Shown piece by piece: positions 1 to 9,150 of a stretch of DNA of 64,000 bases. A program made the translations under genes and the position numbers. The stretch is from Candidatus Rifleibacteriota bacterium. GTDB lineage: Bacteria > Muiribacteriota > Ozemobacteria > Ozemobacterales > Ozemobacteraceae. The first letter of the stretch is position 1. Every line of letters starts with the position of its first letter. The notes beneath the pieces are model-generated. The model had not been told where the DNA came from. It searched no databases and worked only from the letters and a program-made list of their open reading frames with translations. Location: contig JANJUP010000022.1 in the NCBI GenBank assembly GCA_024710525.1, positions 64,001 to 128,000 on the forward strand, in the 5' to 3' direction.

Positions 1-141
1 CAGTTCCATGTTCTTTCTGGTGTAGCCGGTGGTCTGTTCCATGGTGGCGTTCCAGAATTTGTTCATGACCTGAAAATTTTCGTTCATGAGCTGAGCGTAT
101 TCGTTTGAGAATTCCATCCATTTGTTAGTGTTGTTAGTCAT
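1..141 (-). CDS. Partial CDS, 5' end only (start ATG at 141 on minus strand). Begins MTNNTNKWMEFSNEYAQLMNENFQVMNKFWNATMEQ and runs off the window. Hypothetical, possibly phasin-like.
   Basis: Hand translation of the reverse complement of 1..141 gives an open frame from an ATG at 139-141 with no stop before the window edge. Not in the ORF track because it is truncated. Confidence 0.4.
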   Translation of the reverse strand, partial: MTNNTNKWMEFSNEYAQLMNENFQVMNKFWNATMEQTTGYTRKNMEL

Positions 142-439
142 TTTAGAAACTCCTGTTTGAAGTATTGATTTCGAACTTTTGGTTTGATTGATCGCTGCGT
201 TATGAATTTATATTAACAATTTTGCTGCAATGTGTCAATAAAAATTTAAAAAAATATTTTCTCGAATTAATGATGTTGGCTTTTAATGCTGGTTTCGTAA
301 TGCTGGATTGCAAAAAAAATAAAACGCAAAGCGGCATAGTTTTGAAAAAATACATCCTGGCGGAGAACTTTTCATGTTTTTTGCGGTATTAGATATATAG
401 CCGATTGTGTTATCAATCGTTTCTCTGGAGGAAACCGGA

Positions 440-1747
440 ATGAAACCCAGAAATTATTTTGTCTTTGTTTTACTGTTGCTGCCCCTGTTTGTTTTCGCAG
501 GATCGGACCTGCTGAAAGCCCAGACGGCTGCAGATGTCTTCGGACAGAGTTCCGTCGTCATCTCTGACCCGGCAAAAAGCCAGCCCGAAGCTTCTACCGC
601 TCCATCAGGCATGGGTGGTTCCTTCAGTGGTACAGTCAGGGCCATACCTGGCCTCAATATTCGTAATGGCCCGTGGGGGGCGATCATCGGCTCATTCGGA
701 AATGGCGCCAGCGTGACCGTAATCGGCCAGGAAGGCGAATGGTACAAAGTCAGTTATAATGGCACGGTTGGTTACTGCCATTCAGCATATATAACTCAGA
801 GCTCGACGCCGGCGGCATCAGCTGCCCGCGGTGGTACTGTCAACGCTGTGCCGGGCCTGAATGTTCGCACCGGCCCGTGGGGAAGCATCGTCGGTTCATT
901 CGCCAACGGTGCCAGGGTCTCGATTCTTGGCCAGGAAGGTGAATGGTACCGGGTCAGTTATAATGGCGCGGTTGGCTATTGCCATTCGGCCTATATCAAC
1001 GCCGACAGTGCTTCTTCGACTGCGCCGGCTCAGCCTGCCAGCACTCCTGCCACCTCGGCTGGTTATGTCACTGCCGATGTTCTCAATGTCAGAAGTGCCC
1101 CGTGGGGCTCGATTCTCACCACTTTCAATTATGGCACGAAGATCGATATCGTCGGCAAAGAAGGTGACTGGTACAGAGTCAGCTGGAACGGGCGCATCGT
1201 TTATTGCCATGCCAGCTATGTTTCTTCTTCTAAGCCTTCTTCTGGCACCACTACTCCGGTGACCCCGGCTGCCGGTGCCAATGGCAAGGTCGTTCTGCCC
1301 GTGCCGCAGCAGTGCCAGGGTTATGTTAAATGCCCATACCCGTGGTCTGCCTGTGGTCCAACTTCTCTCGGCATGGCTCTTGCCTATCACAACAAGCAGA
1401 ATGCCGGCGCTCTGGCCTCTACGCTCTGGAATACCTGTGGTTCGACCGGCGCAGCGGGCACTTCGCATGCTGGTATGCTCACCGGGGCCAGGGCCAATGG
1501 TTTCCCGAATGCAAAATGGCATTACAGCGTTGGTTTGTCGTGGGTGCGCGAGCAGATAAAGGCCGGCAAGCCGGTTATTGCCAACGTCTACAACCACTAT
1601 GTCGTTATTACCGGTGTGGATGACAGCGGCAATATTTATTATAATGATCCCGCCAAAGACCCGGTGCCGCAGGTCAGGTCGTTTGACAGCTTCTCGGCCT
1701 GGTGGAACGGCGGTGGCTGTTATCACGCAGCCATGACCCTGAATTGA
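440..1747 (+). CDS. Secreted protein with three tandem SH3b-like repeats and a C-terminal peptidase C39-like (C39_2) domain
   Basis: GGAGGA RBS then ATG at 440 (MKPRNYFVFVLLLLPLFVFA signal peptide). Three repeats of GLN[IV]R.GPWG.I.GSF.NGA.V...GQEGEWY.VSYNG..GYCH.AYI. C-terminal region has CGPTSLGMALAYH ... HYVVITGVDDSGNIYYNDP, typical of C39-like cysteine peptidase domains. Confidence 0.7.
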   Translation: MKPRNYFVFVLLLLPLFVFAGSDLLKAQTAADVFGQSSVVISDPAKSQPEASTAPSGMGGSFSGTVRAIPGLNIRNGPWGAIIGSFGNGASVTVIGQEGEWYKVSYNGTVGYCHSAYITQSSTPAASAARGGTVNAVPGLNVRTGPWGSIVGSFANGARVSILGQEGEWYRVSYNGAVGYCHSAYINADSASSTAPAQPASTPATSAGYVTADVLNVRSAPWGSILTTFNYGTKIDIVGKEGDWYRVSWNGRIVYCHASYVSSSKPSSGTTTPVTPAAGANGKVVLPVPQQCQGYVKCPYPWSACGPTSLGMALAYHNKQNAGALASTLWNTCGSTGAAGTSHAGMLTGARANGFPNAKWHYSVGLSWVREQIKAGKPVIANVYNHYVVITGVDDSGNIYYNDPAKDPVPQVRSFDSFSAWWNGGGCYHAAMTLN

Positions 1748-1764
1748 CGGCGTGGAGTAAAAAT

Positions 1765-2676
1765 ATGATCAAGTTTATGATTATGGCACTTGCTTTGTTT
1801 ATGCCTTTTTCTGCAACAACGGCCGCTGAACCTGCCGCGGCCGCCGCGACAGCTTTTGATGCCGGTGTTTTGGTGCCGGGAAGTTTTCTTTCACTGGCTG
1901 GCCGGAGTGATGGTTCGGTGTTTCTTCTGGGCACTGACCATCAGCTGGTGTGCCTTGCTCCTGACGGCGCCAGCAGTGCACTGACTCTGCCTCCGGTTGT
2001 TGAATCCAAGCCCGATGATCGTTTCTGCGACCTCGTTGTTGATGGCAACAATGCCTGGTTCTGCGGTTTTGCTTTTCCGGTGATTTTTGCGCTCGATCTT
2101 GAAAAGCTGGCTGAATACCAGATCGTCAGAGCCTCGGACCCTGAGGCGGCGGCCCTGAATCTCCTCAATCTCGATCGCCGCGGCAGTGGTTTTGCCATCC
2201 GTGATGCCGATGGCAATACTCTGGTTCTCGAAAACGAAAAACCGGTGGTAAAACTGGCAAATCATGCTTCGCTGCTTTGTGGCATGAGCGGGGAACCATT
2301 TATTATACCGCCGCCGGTGCCGGAGGCTGCCAGCTCGACAGTCGGCAGCGTGGTCATTCATCAGGCTGGCGGCATTTTCTGGAAAGCGCCATTGCCTGCG
2401 TTACCGCGAGTGCTGAAGTCGGTTGAGTTTCTGGGCTGTGATGACCAGAAACGCAGTATTTTTCTTGTAATCACCGGCAGTGGCGAACTCGACAGTGAAT
2501 TTACCCTCTATGCGGTCAGCGCCGAAGGCAAAACTCTGGCTGAAAAGAAGATTAGCGGCCCGGCCGGGCTTGAAATGCAGCGCTTCTGTCGCCTCTCGCC
2601 CGATGGCAGTATTCTGCTTGCCGAAAAAGCCCCCGGAAACGAACCCGGGGTCCTGGTTAAAAAACTGCGTCTGTAA
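1765..2676 (+). CDS. Secreted hypothetical protein
   Basis: GGAG RBS then ATG at 1765; signal peptide MIKFMIMALALFMPFSATTAA. No recognisable catalytic motif. Confidence 0.55.
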   Translation: MIKFMIMALALFMPFSATTAAEPAAAAATAFDAGVLVPGSFLSLAGRSDGSVFLLGTDHQLVCLAPDGASSALTLPPVVESKPDDRFCDLVVDGNNAWFCGFAFPVIFALDLEKLAEYQIVRASDPEAAALNLLNLDRRGSGFAIRDADGNTLVLENEKPVVKLANHASLLCGMSGEPFIIPPPVPEAASSTVGSVVIHQAGGIFWKAPLPALPRVLKSVEFLGCDDQKRSIFLVITGSGELDSEFTLYAVSAEGKTLAEKKISGPAGLEMQRFCRLSPDGSILLAEKAPGNEPGVLVKKLRL

Positions 2677-2732
2677 AGTAAGGACAAATATTCTGGCCCC
2701 GGCTGGATGGGACAAAAAACCGGGGGAAAAAA

Positions 2733-2776
2733 ATCAGCTCCGTTTGCCTTGTGGCGAGCGGAGCTGATTTGTTTTG
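2733..2776. terminator. Bidirectional rho-independent terminator between convergent genes
   Basis: 10-bp perfect stem atcagctccg / cggagctgat with a 16-nt loop. Flanked by an A-run upstream and ttgttttg downstream. Confidence 0.5.
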
Positions 2777-2796
2777 TCAGACGTTGGTGATTGGTT

Positions 2797-3600
2797 TTAT
2801 GGATTACCGGTCTGTGGTGCGGCTTCAGTTGCTGGAGCGGCTTCTACTGCCGGGGTTGCTTCAGTTTTTGGGGCCGGCTGGGCTTCTTCCATCTGCGGCG
2901 CGGCTTCGGTGGCTTCGACAGCCTGAGGTTTTGCAACAGCAGTCTGGCCACTCTTCTTCATACCGCCGCGGGCGATTTTAAGCCACTTCTGGGCTTCTTT
3001 GTTGGCGGGGTTGAGGCGCAGCGATTCGTTGAGAAGTTCGACGGCGCGGGCGTATGAGCCCTGAGAGTAAAGCAGGTAGCTCCATTTGCGCAGAGAGTCT
3101 GAACCGTTAACTTTGGCTTCGGCGGCTTTTTCCGAATTCGGATACTTCTGCAGGAAATCGAGCCAGAGAGCAGATTCGCGTGAATAGAAATCGATGCGTT
3201 TGTGGGTCATGGCGAGGTTGAACAGGTGCTTTTCGGCGTTTTCAGCGTCGGTCTGCAGCAGGTATTCAAGGCGCTTGATTTCGAGGTCGGCAACGGCCCG
3301 CGGAGATTCACCGAGCTTGAGCTGGGTTCTTACTTCGGGTGCGATAGTGGCGAGCACACGCATTTCGGCAAGCGGCATAGAACAGTTGGCGCAGTAGTCA
3401 GCCTTGGCCATGTTGTCGTGACCGCATTTGAGGCAGTGGTTGAGCGGGTTCTGGCAGTTTTCGCAGAGAATGGTTTCAGCTTTGTTGATCCAGTTGCACT
3501 TGCCGCAGATGTTACGGCCGATCATGGCATAAGCCGAAGACAAGACCAGTACAAAGGCAGTTAGCAGTACGATACTTCTGAAGAGAGATTTTGAAGTCAT
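2797..3600 (-). CDS. Membrane-anchored protein with double zinc-ribbon (CxxC x4) and TPR-like region; Ala/Pro/Glu-rich C-terminal tail
   Basis: AAGGGG RBS then ATG at 3600 (MTSKSLFRSIVLLTAFVLVLSSAYA). CGKCNW...CENC...CLKCGH...CANC zinc-ribbon cysteines. Helical repeat region consistent with TPR. Confidence 0.55.
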   Translation of the reverse strand: MTSKSLFRSIVLLTAFVLVLSSAYAMIGRNICGKCNWINKAETILCENCQNPLNHCLKCGHDNMAKADYCANCSMPLAEMRVLATIAPEVRTQLKLGESPRAVADLEIKRLEYLLQTDAENAEKHLFNLAMTHKRIDFYSRESALWLDFLQKYPNSEKAAEAKVNGSDSLRKWSYLLYSQGSYARAVELLNESLRLNPANKEAQKWLKIARGGMKKSGQTAVAKPQAVEATEAAPQMEEAQPAPKTEATPAVEAAPATEAAPQTGNP

Positions 3601-3774
3601 TATTTTCCCCTTTCTTTCGGGTTCAGTTTTTACCCGAAAAACAGACTCCTGTGAAAGCAGCATAACCACAAAGTGCCCATTAATTCAAGCTGCTTGCCCG
3701 AAAATTAATTAAATGAAGAATTTTAAAATTTTTAAATAAATCTGTGCGAAACTTGACTCTTGATTTGTGAAACC

Positions 3775-4296
3775 ATGAAAAACCACAACCAGATAACCGA
3801 AATGCTCGAAATCTACCGGCAGAACCCGGAAAAGGGTTTTGCCCTGATCTATCAGGCGTTTTCGGCCCCGGTTTTTCGCTATCTGCGCAACTCATTCACG
3901 CTGTCGCGTGAAGAGGCTGAAGACATACTGCACAACGTCTTTCTGCCATGGGTGCAGAACCCGCAGAAATTCGCCACTGTCGAAAACCCGACAGCCTACC
4001 TGTTCACCAGCGCCAGAAATGCGGCGCTGAAAAAACGGGCGCAGCCGCGCGAACAGTCGGTGACAGTTGAGCCGGCCAGTCATGGGCATGAGAATCAGGT
4101 CGAAGATGCCATGCTCATCAGCCGGGCCCTCTCAGCCCTGCCGGAAGAGCAGAAAGAAGCCGTGGTTTTAAAAGTCTGGACCGACATGACCTTTGAAGAA
4201 ATTGCCGAAGTCCAGCAGTGCTCGCTGCAGACGGTGGCATCAAGGTACCGTTATGCAATTGCCAGATTAAAGGAGTTGATCCCATGGAACCGCTGA
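3775..4296 (+). CDS. ECF-family RNA polymerase sigma-70 factor
   Basis: Region 2 / region 4 signatures; C-terminal LSALPEEQKEAVVLKVWTDMTFEEIAEVQQCSLQTVASRYRYAIARLKE is classic sigma-70 region 4 (HTH). ATG at 3775. Confidence 0.8.
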   Translation: MKNHNQITEMLEIYRQNPEKGFALIYQAFSAPVFRYLRNSFTLSREEAEDILHNVFLPWVQNPQKFATVENPTAYLFTSARNAALKKRAQPREQSVTVEPASHGHENQVEDAMLISRALSALPEEQKEAVVLKVWTDMTFEEIAEVQQCSLQTVASRYRYAIARLKELIPWNR

Positions 4297-4700
4297 ACAA
4301 GGATCAATTTGAAAAATATCTCGAAGCTCACCGGCCGACTGAAGAACCGTCAGTCGAAGTCTTCAACCGTCTGCAGAAAGAAGCCGTCTGGAACAGGCCC
4401 GCGGGGCCCGGTAGATTTGCCTTGCCGCTGTTGCTGATTCTGGCCCTGCTGGCTATCGTTGTCGGCAATATCAGCGACAGTAATGTGCCTGAAAAGGTTA
4501 AAGGCAGCGAAAAGCCGGTTCCGGTAATTGAAAAGGTCGTTCCGGTACCGCCGCCGGTAATCGCTTCTGCCGAATTTCCCGAGAAAATCGGCGTCGCCAG
4601 ACTTCTGCGCCACTATGACGATGATTTCAATCTTTCTTTTGCTGAAGATAAAACAGGTGTTTTAATGTTGGGCTCCTCGCGCGAACTGGACAACATTTGA
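4284..4700 (+). CDS. Putative anti-sigma factor (single-pass membrane protein), translationally coupled to the ECF sigma gene
   Basis: AAGGAG RBS then ATG at 4284, overlapping the sigma stop codon (4294-4296). One TM helix ALPLLLILALLAIVVGNI. Position immediately after the ECF sigma gene. Confidence 0.45.
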   Translation: MEPLNKDQFEKYLEAHRPTEEPSVEVFNRLQKEAVWNRPAGPGRFALPLLLILALLAIVVGNISDSNVPEKVKGSEKPVPVIEKVVPVPPPVIASAEFPEKIGVARLLRHYDDDFNLSFAEDKTGVLMLGSSRELDNI

Positions 4701-4728
4701 TTCATAAATTCATTTCAAGGAGAGCATT

Positions 4729-6003
4729 ATGTTTAGAAATATCATGCTGATCACTGCTGTGATGCTTCTGTCTCTTTCTGTTGCCGCCTTCGCTGAATTC
4801 CCAGAGCCTTACCGTGACCCGAATGCCGCTCTGCGCTACCTGATGGCAATGGGCCGTATGCCGCAGCTTACCGAAGATGAGGTGAAACTGCTGACCGATA
4901 TCAGTAGCGCAGAGGCATTTTCGGCATTGCCTGACTCGTTGAAGCGCAAAGTGGCTGAAGCCGGTTTCCAGAACATCTTTAACCAGCTTAAGGCGGCAGC
5001 CGCCTGCACAGAATGCAGTTTTGTGCCAGACAGCAAGTTCGAACCCCAGGATCTCATTCCCCCATACCGGGCGCTTCGCACTTTCGCCAGGTATGTGAAT
5101 GCCGGTGCCTGGCAGGTCATTTCCGGGGGAGACCACGAAAAGGGCGCACAATTGCTGGTATACGTGTTCAAATTTGGTGCCGATTCTGAAAAATACCAGC
5201 CGCTGATTGGTTACATGCTTGGTGTCGGTATCAGATACATTGCCCTGAATTCGATGAAAAATGTTCTTGCTGGCAATTACAAGGTAGAAGCGAAGAAAAT
5301 CATCACTGATTATCTCAAAGCCTTGCCGCGGCCAGCTTTTAACGCCAGAGACAGCCTGGTCTGGGAAAGAATTTATTTTGTTAAAACACTTGATATGCTT
5401 GCCAGCAGCACAGAAGGGGTTGTCGAACTGCTGAAGTCTGTCAGTGATGAGACAAAGCCGGTGGGTGAACAGTCGCTCAGCTGTGTTCCTTATCAGAGAA
5501 TTCTTTTGGGTGCCGTTGAAATGGCGCTGATGGATGGTCTGAAGTTTGAACCCGGAAAACCTGCCGCGGAAATAATTGGAGAACTGGTTAAGAAGCAGTA
5601 TCTGAAAGCGGCACCGGTTTGCCCTGACAAGGGTGAATACAAGATCGAATTCATCAAAGAAGACGATTTTAAAGTCAGCTGCAGCTGTGGTGCCGACCCC
5701 GAAAAATCTGTAGAGAAAAAGGAAGAGGTCAAACCGGCTATAAACCCTGAACTTGAAGCCAAAGCCAAAGAATACCTCTCTTCGGGCAGGCTTGCCAAAG
5801 ATGTTAAAGAAATTCATGAGTATTTCGACAAAGTCATGGCCTGCGATCCGCTCGAATCAGGCCTTGTCGAGAAGCTGAAAACGATGAAAAATGATTATGA
5901 AGGCCGTGACAACATTCTTATCAAGGCAATTCTGCCGGACTTCTCCAAAGTATACGAAAAGCAGTTCAGCCTTCAGGAAGCCATCGATGGTTTGATCAGG
6001 TAA
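4729..6003 (+). CDS. Secreted hypothetical protein
   Basis: AGGAG RBS then ATG at 4729; signal peptide MFRNIMLITAVMLLSLSVAAFA. The antisense ORF 4702..5817 is F-rich, low complexity, and judged spurious. Confidence 0.6.
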   Translation: MFRNIMLITAVMLLSLSVAAFAEFPEPYRDPNAALRYLMAMGRMPQLTEDEVKLLTDISSAEAFSALPDSLKRKVAEAGFQNIFNQLKAAAACTECSFVPDSKFEPQDLIPPYRALRTFARYVNAGAWQVISGGDHEKGAQLLVYVFKFGADSEKYQPLIGYMLGVGIRYIALNSMKNVLAGNYKVEAKKIITDYLKALPRPAFNARDSLVWERIYFVKTLDMLASSTEGVVELLKSVSDETKPVGEQSLSCVPYQRILLGAVEMALMDGLKFEPGKPAAEIIGELVKKQYLKAAPVCPDKGEYKIEFIKEDDFKVSCSCGADPEKSVEKKEEVKPAINPELEAKAKEYLSSGRLAKDVKEIHEYFDKVMACDPLESGLVEKLKTMKNDYEGRDNILIKAILPDFSKVYEKQFSLQEAIDGLIR

Positions 6004-6100
6004 AACAACTGATTTCGGCGTGATAACGCTCTGGAGCGAGAAAGCAGGGCGGGCGTTGAAAAGCACGCGGGCAGATAGATTCTGAAATGTCGCTTATAAA

Positions 6101-6131
6101 AAGACACCGGTTGAGTTCCGGTGTCTTTTTT
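6101..6131. terminator. Bidirectional rho-independent terminator between convergent genes
   Basis: Stem agacaccgg / ccggtgtct with loop ttgagtt, followed by ttttt. An A-run on the other side. Confidence 0.6.
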
Positions 6132-6157
6132 CATCTACGGCGTATTCGGTCGCATTC

Positions 6158-8077
6158 TCAGGTGCCGGAAAGAATCTTTCTGAAGAAGATCGCCTCTTTT
6201 TCGAGAGAATCGACGAGGTTGGCTTTCTGCCTGAATCCATGCGCTTCGGTGGGGTATTCGTAATATTCGTGCCGGATGTGTTTGCTCGCGAGAATTTCGG
6301 CCATTTCGCGTGAATTCTCGGGCGGCACGACCTTGTCTTCTGAACCCTGGAAGATAATCATCGGACTTTTGAGGTTAACGAGATGATTGATCGGCGACCG
6401 ATCTTCGAAAATGTGGCGATGCGTGCTCATGGGCCCGCCGAGAAGTCCCTCAAGGTAACGCGATTCGAATTTGTGGGTCAGATTCTGCAGGGTGACGAGA
6501 TTGCCGATGCCGAAATAACTGGCGCCGGTGGCAAACATCTCAGGAAACATCGTAAGCAGTCGTTGTACCGTATAGCCGCCGGCACTGCCGCCAGAAACCA
6601 CAGCTTTGTCACCGATCATGCGCTTTTCGCGCAGGTATTGCAGACCGTCTTTGACGTCGCTGATCTCAAGAACTCCCCATTCGCCAAGCAGTGCGTCACG
6701 ATAGGCCCTGCCAAAACCGGTTGAACCGCGATAGTTAACGTCGAAAATCGCATAGCCCTGGCTGGTCCAGAAGACATGCTCGCGGCTGAAACCGGCTCGT
6801 GCCAGGCTGGTCGGGCCGCCGTGCACGAGAACCCTTACCGGCGGGAGCTCCCCTTCGGGAGTTTTGTAATTGCTGTTTTTCGGGGGGTAGAAGTAACCGT
6901 GGCATAACTGGCCATCACTGGTTGGAAAGCTGATTTTTTCGGGGCTGCTGATGTCTGCAGCCGAAATATGGCATTCTGATGTGTGCCGTAGAATTTCGAG
7001 ACTGGCATTTTTCTTTATCAGGGCCAGCTGAGTTGGCCTGTCAGCGGGGGTTCCGGTCAGGGCTAGATTTTCGCCACATACGACTGGCTTCGATATCGAC
7101 AGAAACGGCGTCGGCAGTTCGGTTAAACTGCCGCTTTCAGCGTCAACCCAGGCCAGACCAGGCATTCCGTCGTTGAATGTCAGGGCAAGAATCCTGTCTG
7201 CAACGTGCAGAATATAGGCAATCTCATGCCCGGCCGCTGTTATGCGCTTTGTAGAGCCATTGTGCCAGGTGTAAATGTTGAAAAAATTATCGGTCGAATT
7301 CTGCCCGGCCCCTTTTCGGTCGATGCTGTAGCGTATTTCGCCGTTACTGTTGAAGGAAAAGTCGCTTATCGCTTCACTGTCTGAGCCGGCAATTCTGCAC
7401 AGGGCCTTCTGGTTCACTTCGCCGTCGGCAAAGGGAGAGCAACAGAGAACCGTTGAATCCCAGGGCATATAGGGGTGATTCCATTGCAGCCAGGCGATAT
7501 TTTTGCCGTCCGGCGAAAAAAACGGCTGTTTGTAAAAATCGGCACCGCACACCAGAATTTTGGGCTCCTGAATGCCAGGTTTTTGCAGGTCCAGAAGGCA
7601 GAGAGCGTTTTCTGGCTCATTGTGCCCGCCTTCAAGCTCAAAAGCTGCAACCAGCCAGCGGCCATCAGCAGACACGGCTGGCTGCATGAACTTCATCATC
7701 CGGCCGTCGGCGGCCTTTTCGGGGGTAATGGGGGCCGGAGTTTCGCTTTTACCGAAATCAAAGGCATAAAGGCGCTGATCAGAGAAGTTGGCGAATATAA
7801 CCCGGGTTTCAGTCGTGACGTAAGGCATGCCGCCGTATTCCATGACCCTGGTTCTCGCTGAAAAAGGCGCGGGCAGCAGTTCTTTGATTGTGCCGTCGGG
7901 AGTGCGCAGCATGATGACGCAGCGACCTTTCTCTTCGGGGCGCATTTCAACCCAGAACAGCCTGCCGGCCGCATCGCCGGAGAGAAATGAAAAATTCACG
8001 GTTGCCTGAAAGACTTCTTCGGCGCTTATTGCCGGTTTCCAGGTGAGATATGACGCTGTGACTGGTGCGCTGTGCAT
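6158..8077 (-). CDS. S9 family serine peptidase (prolyl oligopeptidase / acylaminoacyl-peptidase type), beta-propeller N-domain, cytoplasmic
   Basis: AAGGAGA RBS then ATG at 8077 (MHSAPVTAS...), 20 nt after the radical SAM stop. Nucleophile motif VVSGGSAGGYTVQ (GxSxGG). C-terminal Asp (QGSEDKVV) and His (TEAHGF) consistent with the S9 triad. No signal peptide. Confidence 0.8.
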   Translation of the reverse strand: MHSAPVTASYLTWKPAISAEEVFQATVNFSFLSGDAAGRLFWVEMRPEEKGRCVIMLRTPDGTIKELLPAPFSARTRVMEYGGMPYVTTETRVIFANFSDQRLYAFDFGKSETPAPITPEKAADGRMMKFMQPAVSADGRWLVAAFELEGGHNEPENALCLLDLQKPGIQEPKILVCGADFYKQPFFSPDGKNIAWLQWNHPYMPWDSTVLCCSPFADGEVNQKALCRIAGSDSEAISDFSFNSNGEIRYSIDRKGAGQNSTDNFFNIYTWHNGSTKRITAAGHEIAYILHVADRILALTFNDGMPGLAWVDAESGSLTELPTPFLSISKPVVCGENLALTGTPADRPTQLALIKKNASLEILRHTSECHISAADISSPEKISFPTSDGQLCHGYFYPPKNSNYKTPEGELPPVRVLVHGGPTSLARAGFSREHVFWTSQGYAIFDVNYRGSTGFGRAYRDALLGEWGVLEISDVKDGLQYLREKRMIGDKAVVSGGSAGGYTVQRLLTMFPEMFATGASYFGIGNLVTLQNLTHKFESRYLEGLLGGPMSTHRHIFEDRSPINHLVNLKSPMIIFQGSEDKVVPPENSREMAEILASKHIRHEYYEYPTEAHGFRQKANLVDSLEKEAIFFRKILSGT

Positions 8078-8097
8078 TTGAATGTCTCCTTTGCCTG

Positions 8098-9117
8098 TCA
8101 GCTGTCTTTGCGGTTGAGAACGCACTGTGGGTCGTCGCCGAGCGGGTCGCCCGAAAGGGCCCGCGCCAGAGCCCGGCACCCAGGGCAGTCGTCGTATGGG
8201 CATGAGCCGCAGGCTATGCCATGCAGCTTTGGCCTTATGCGGCTGCATTCCCATTCTGCCAGCCGCAGTCTGATTGCAGAGAATGGCTCATGCAGGATAT
8301 TGCCGACCGGAATCTGCAGGCGGCGGCACGGAAAAACGGTGCCGTCTGGCATCAAAGCCATCGATTCATGCCCGAGATTGCATAAAGCGGCTTCAAGCAA
8401 GTCTTCTGGTTCTGCTTTGCCATTGGTAACCAGGCCAAAAGCCCGGCATGCAGCCAGTTCGTCGGGGTCGATTTCGAGACCGGCAGCGGCGCCGATGCTT
8501 CTTATGGCTTTATACCAGTCATCTGCCGACAACAATGACTCTGAAATGTCCAGACCTGTGCCCAACGGTATGAAGCGCTCGAAGAGAATGTCGTCAGCGC
8601 CGGTTTCTCTGGCGAAGTCGACCGTTTCTTTTATCGTTTCACAGTTGAGGCGCGAGAGTGTCATCATCAGCGTCACCGATTTGCCGGTGATTTCGCGGTA
8701 GAGTGGAATCGTGCGGCGCAGACCGCTCAATGAGCCGGTCCCGCGGATGAAATCGTTGATTTTTTCATCACCCGATTCGAGAGAGATTCTGAATGATCGC
8801 AGACGCTGAAAACTGCCGAGTCTGGTCAAAAGCGCCCGGTCTTCGATGGTGCCGTTGGTGATGATATTTATTTCGGCGAGGTTTTCGTAGCTTTCAAGGT
8901 GAGCGATAAGGTCAGTCAGGTCAGGCAGAAGCAAGGGTTCGCCGCCGGTAAGATTGACGGTTACCGGTTCATTGGGGATCGCCGCCAGAACAGCATCTGC
9001 TGCCAGACGTCGTCTGTCTGCCCCGTCAGACAAATTCTCGCGTTCATGTGCATTTTGATAACAGTGCCGGCACCGGCGATTGCACAGATCGGTCAGATGC
9101 CACTGAAACCCAAACAT
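8098..9117 (-). CDS. Radical SAM enzyme with C-terminal SPASM-type auxiliary Fe-S domain
   Basis: N-terminal CNRRCRHC (Cx3Cx2C) radical SAM cluster motif and GGEPLL SAM-binding motif. Cys-rich C-terminus CSRIRPKLHGIACGSCPYDDCPGCRAL typical of SPASM/twitch domains. Confidence 0.85.
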   Translation of the reverse strand: MFGFQWHLTDLCNRRCRHCYQNAHERENLSDGADRRRLAADAVLAAIPNEPVTVNLTGGEPLLLPDLTDLIAHLESYENLAEINIITNGTIEDRALLTRLGSFQRLRSFRISLESGDEKINDFIRGTGSLSGLRRTIPLYREITGKSVTLMMTLSRLNCETIKETVDFARETGADDILFERFIPLGTGLDISESLLSADDWYKAIRSIGAAAGLEIDPDELAACRAFGLVTNGKAEPEDLLEAALCNLGHESMALMPDGTVFPCRRLQIPVGNILHEPFSAIRLRLAEWECSRIRPKLHGIACGSCPYDDCPGCRALARALSGDPLGDDPQCVLNRKDS

Positions 9118-9150
9118 TCAGTCACCACCAGATATGATAAAAAGGCCCGG

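Noticed and set aside
896-1726. 276-aa minus-strand ORF and several 60-130-aa ORFs inside 440..1747
   Set aside because: Antisense or alternate-frame ORFs within the SH3b/C39 gene. Arg-rich, no RBS, no motif.
3752-3757. TTGACT hexamer upstream of the ECF sigma gene as its -35 element
   Set aside because: It lies only 18 bp from the start codon, leaving no room for a -10 element, a transcription start and an RBS. The real promoter is probably further upstream in the AT-rich 3680..3750 region.
4702-5817. 371-aa minus-strand ORF
   Set aside because: Antisense to the well-supported secreted protein gene 4729..6003 (RBS, signal peptide). Its translation is Phe-rich and low complexity, typical of an artefact.
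8098-9117. Interpretation of the radical SAM/SPASM enzyme as an anaerobic sulfatase-maturating enzyme (anSME)
   Set aside because: No sulfatase gene is in the vicinity, and the enzyme (339 aa) is shorter than typical anSMEs. Tight coupling to a small Cys-rich ORF, an S9 peptidase and a transporter favours a peptide-maturase role. It cannot be excluded without a profile search.
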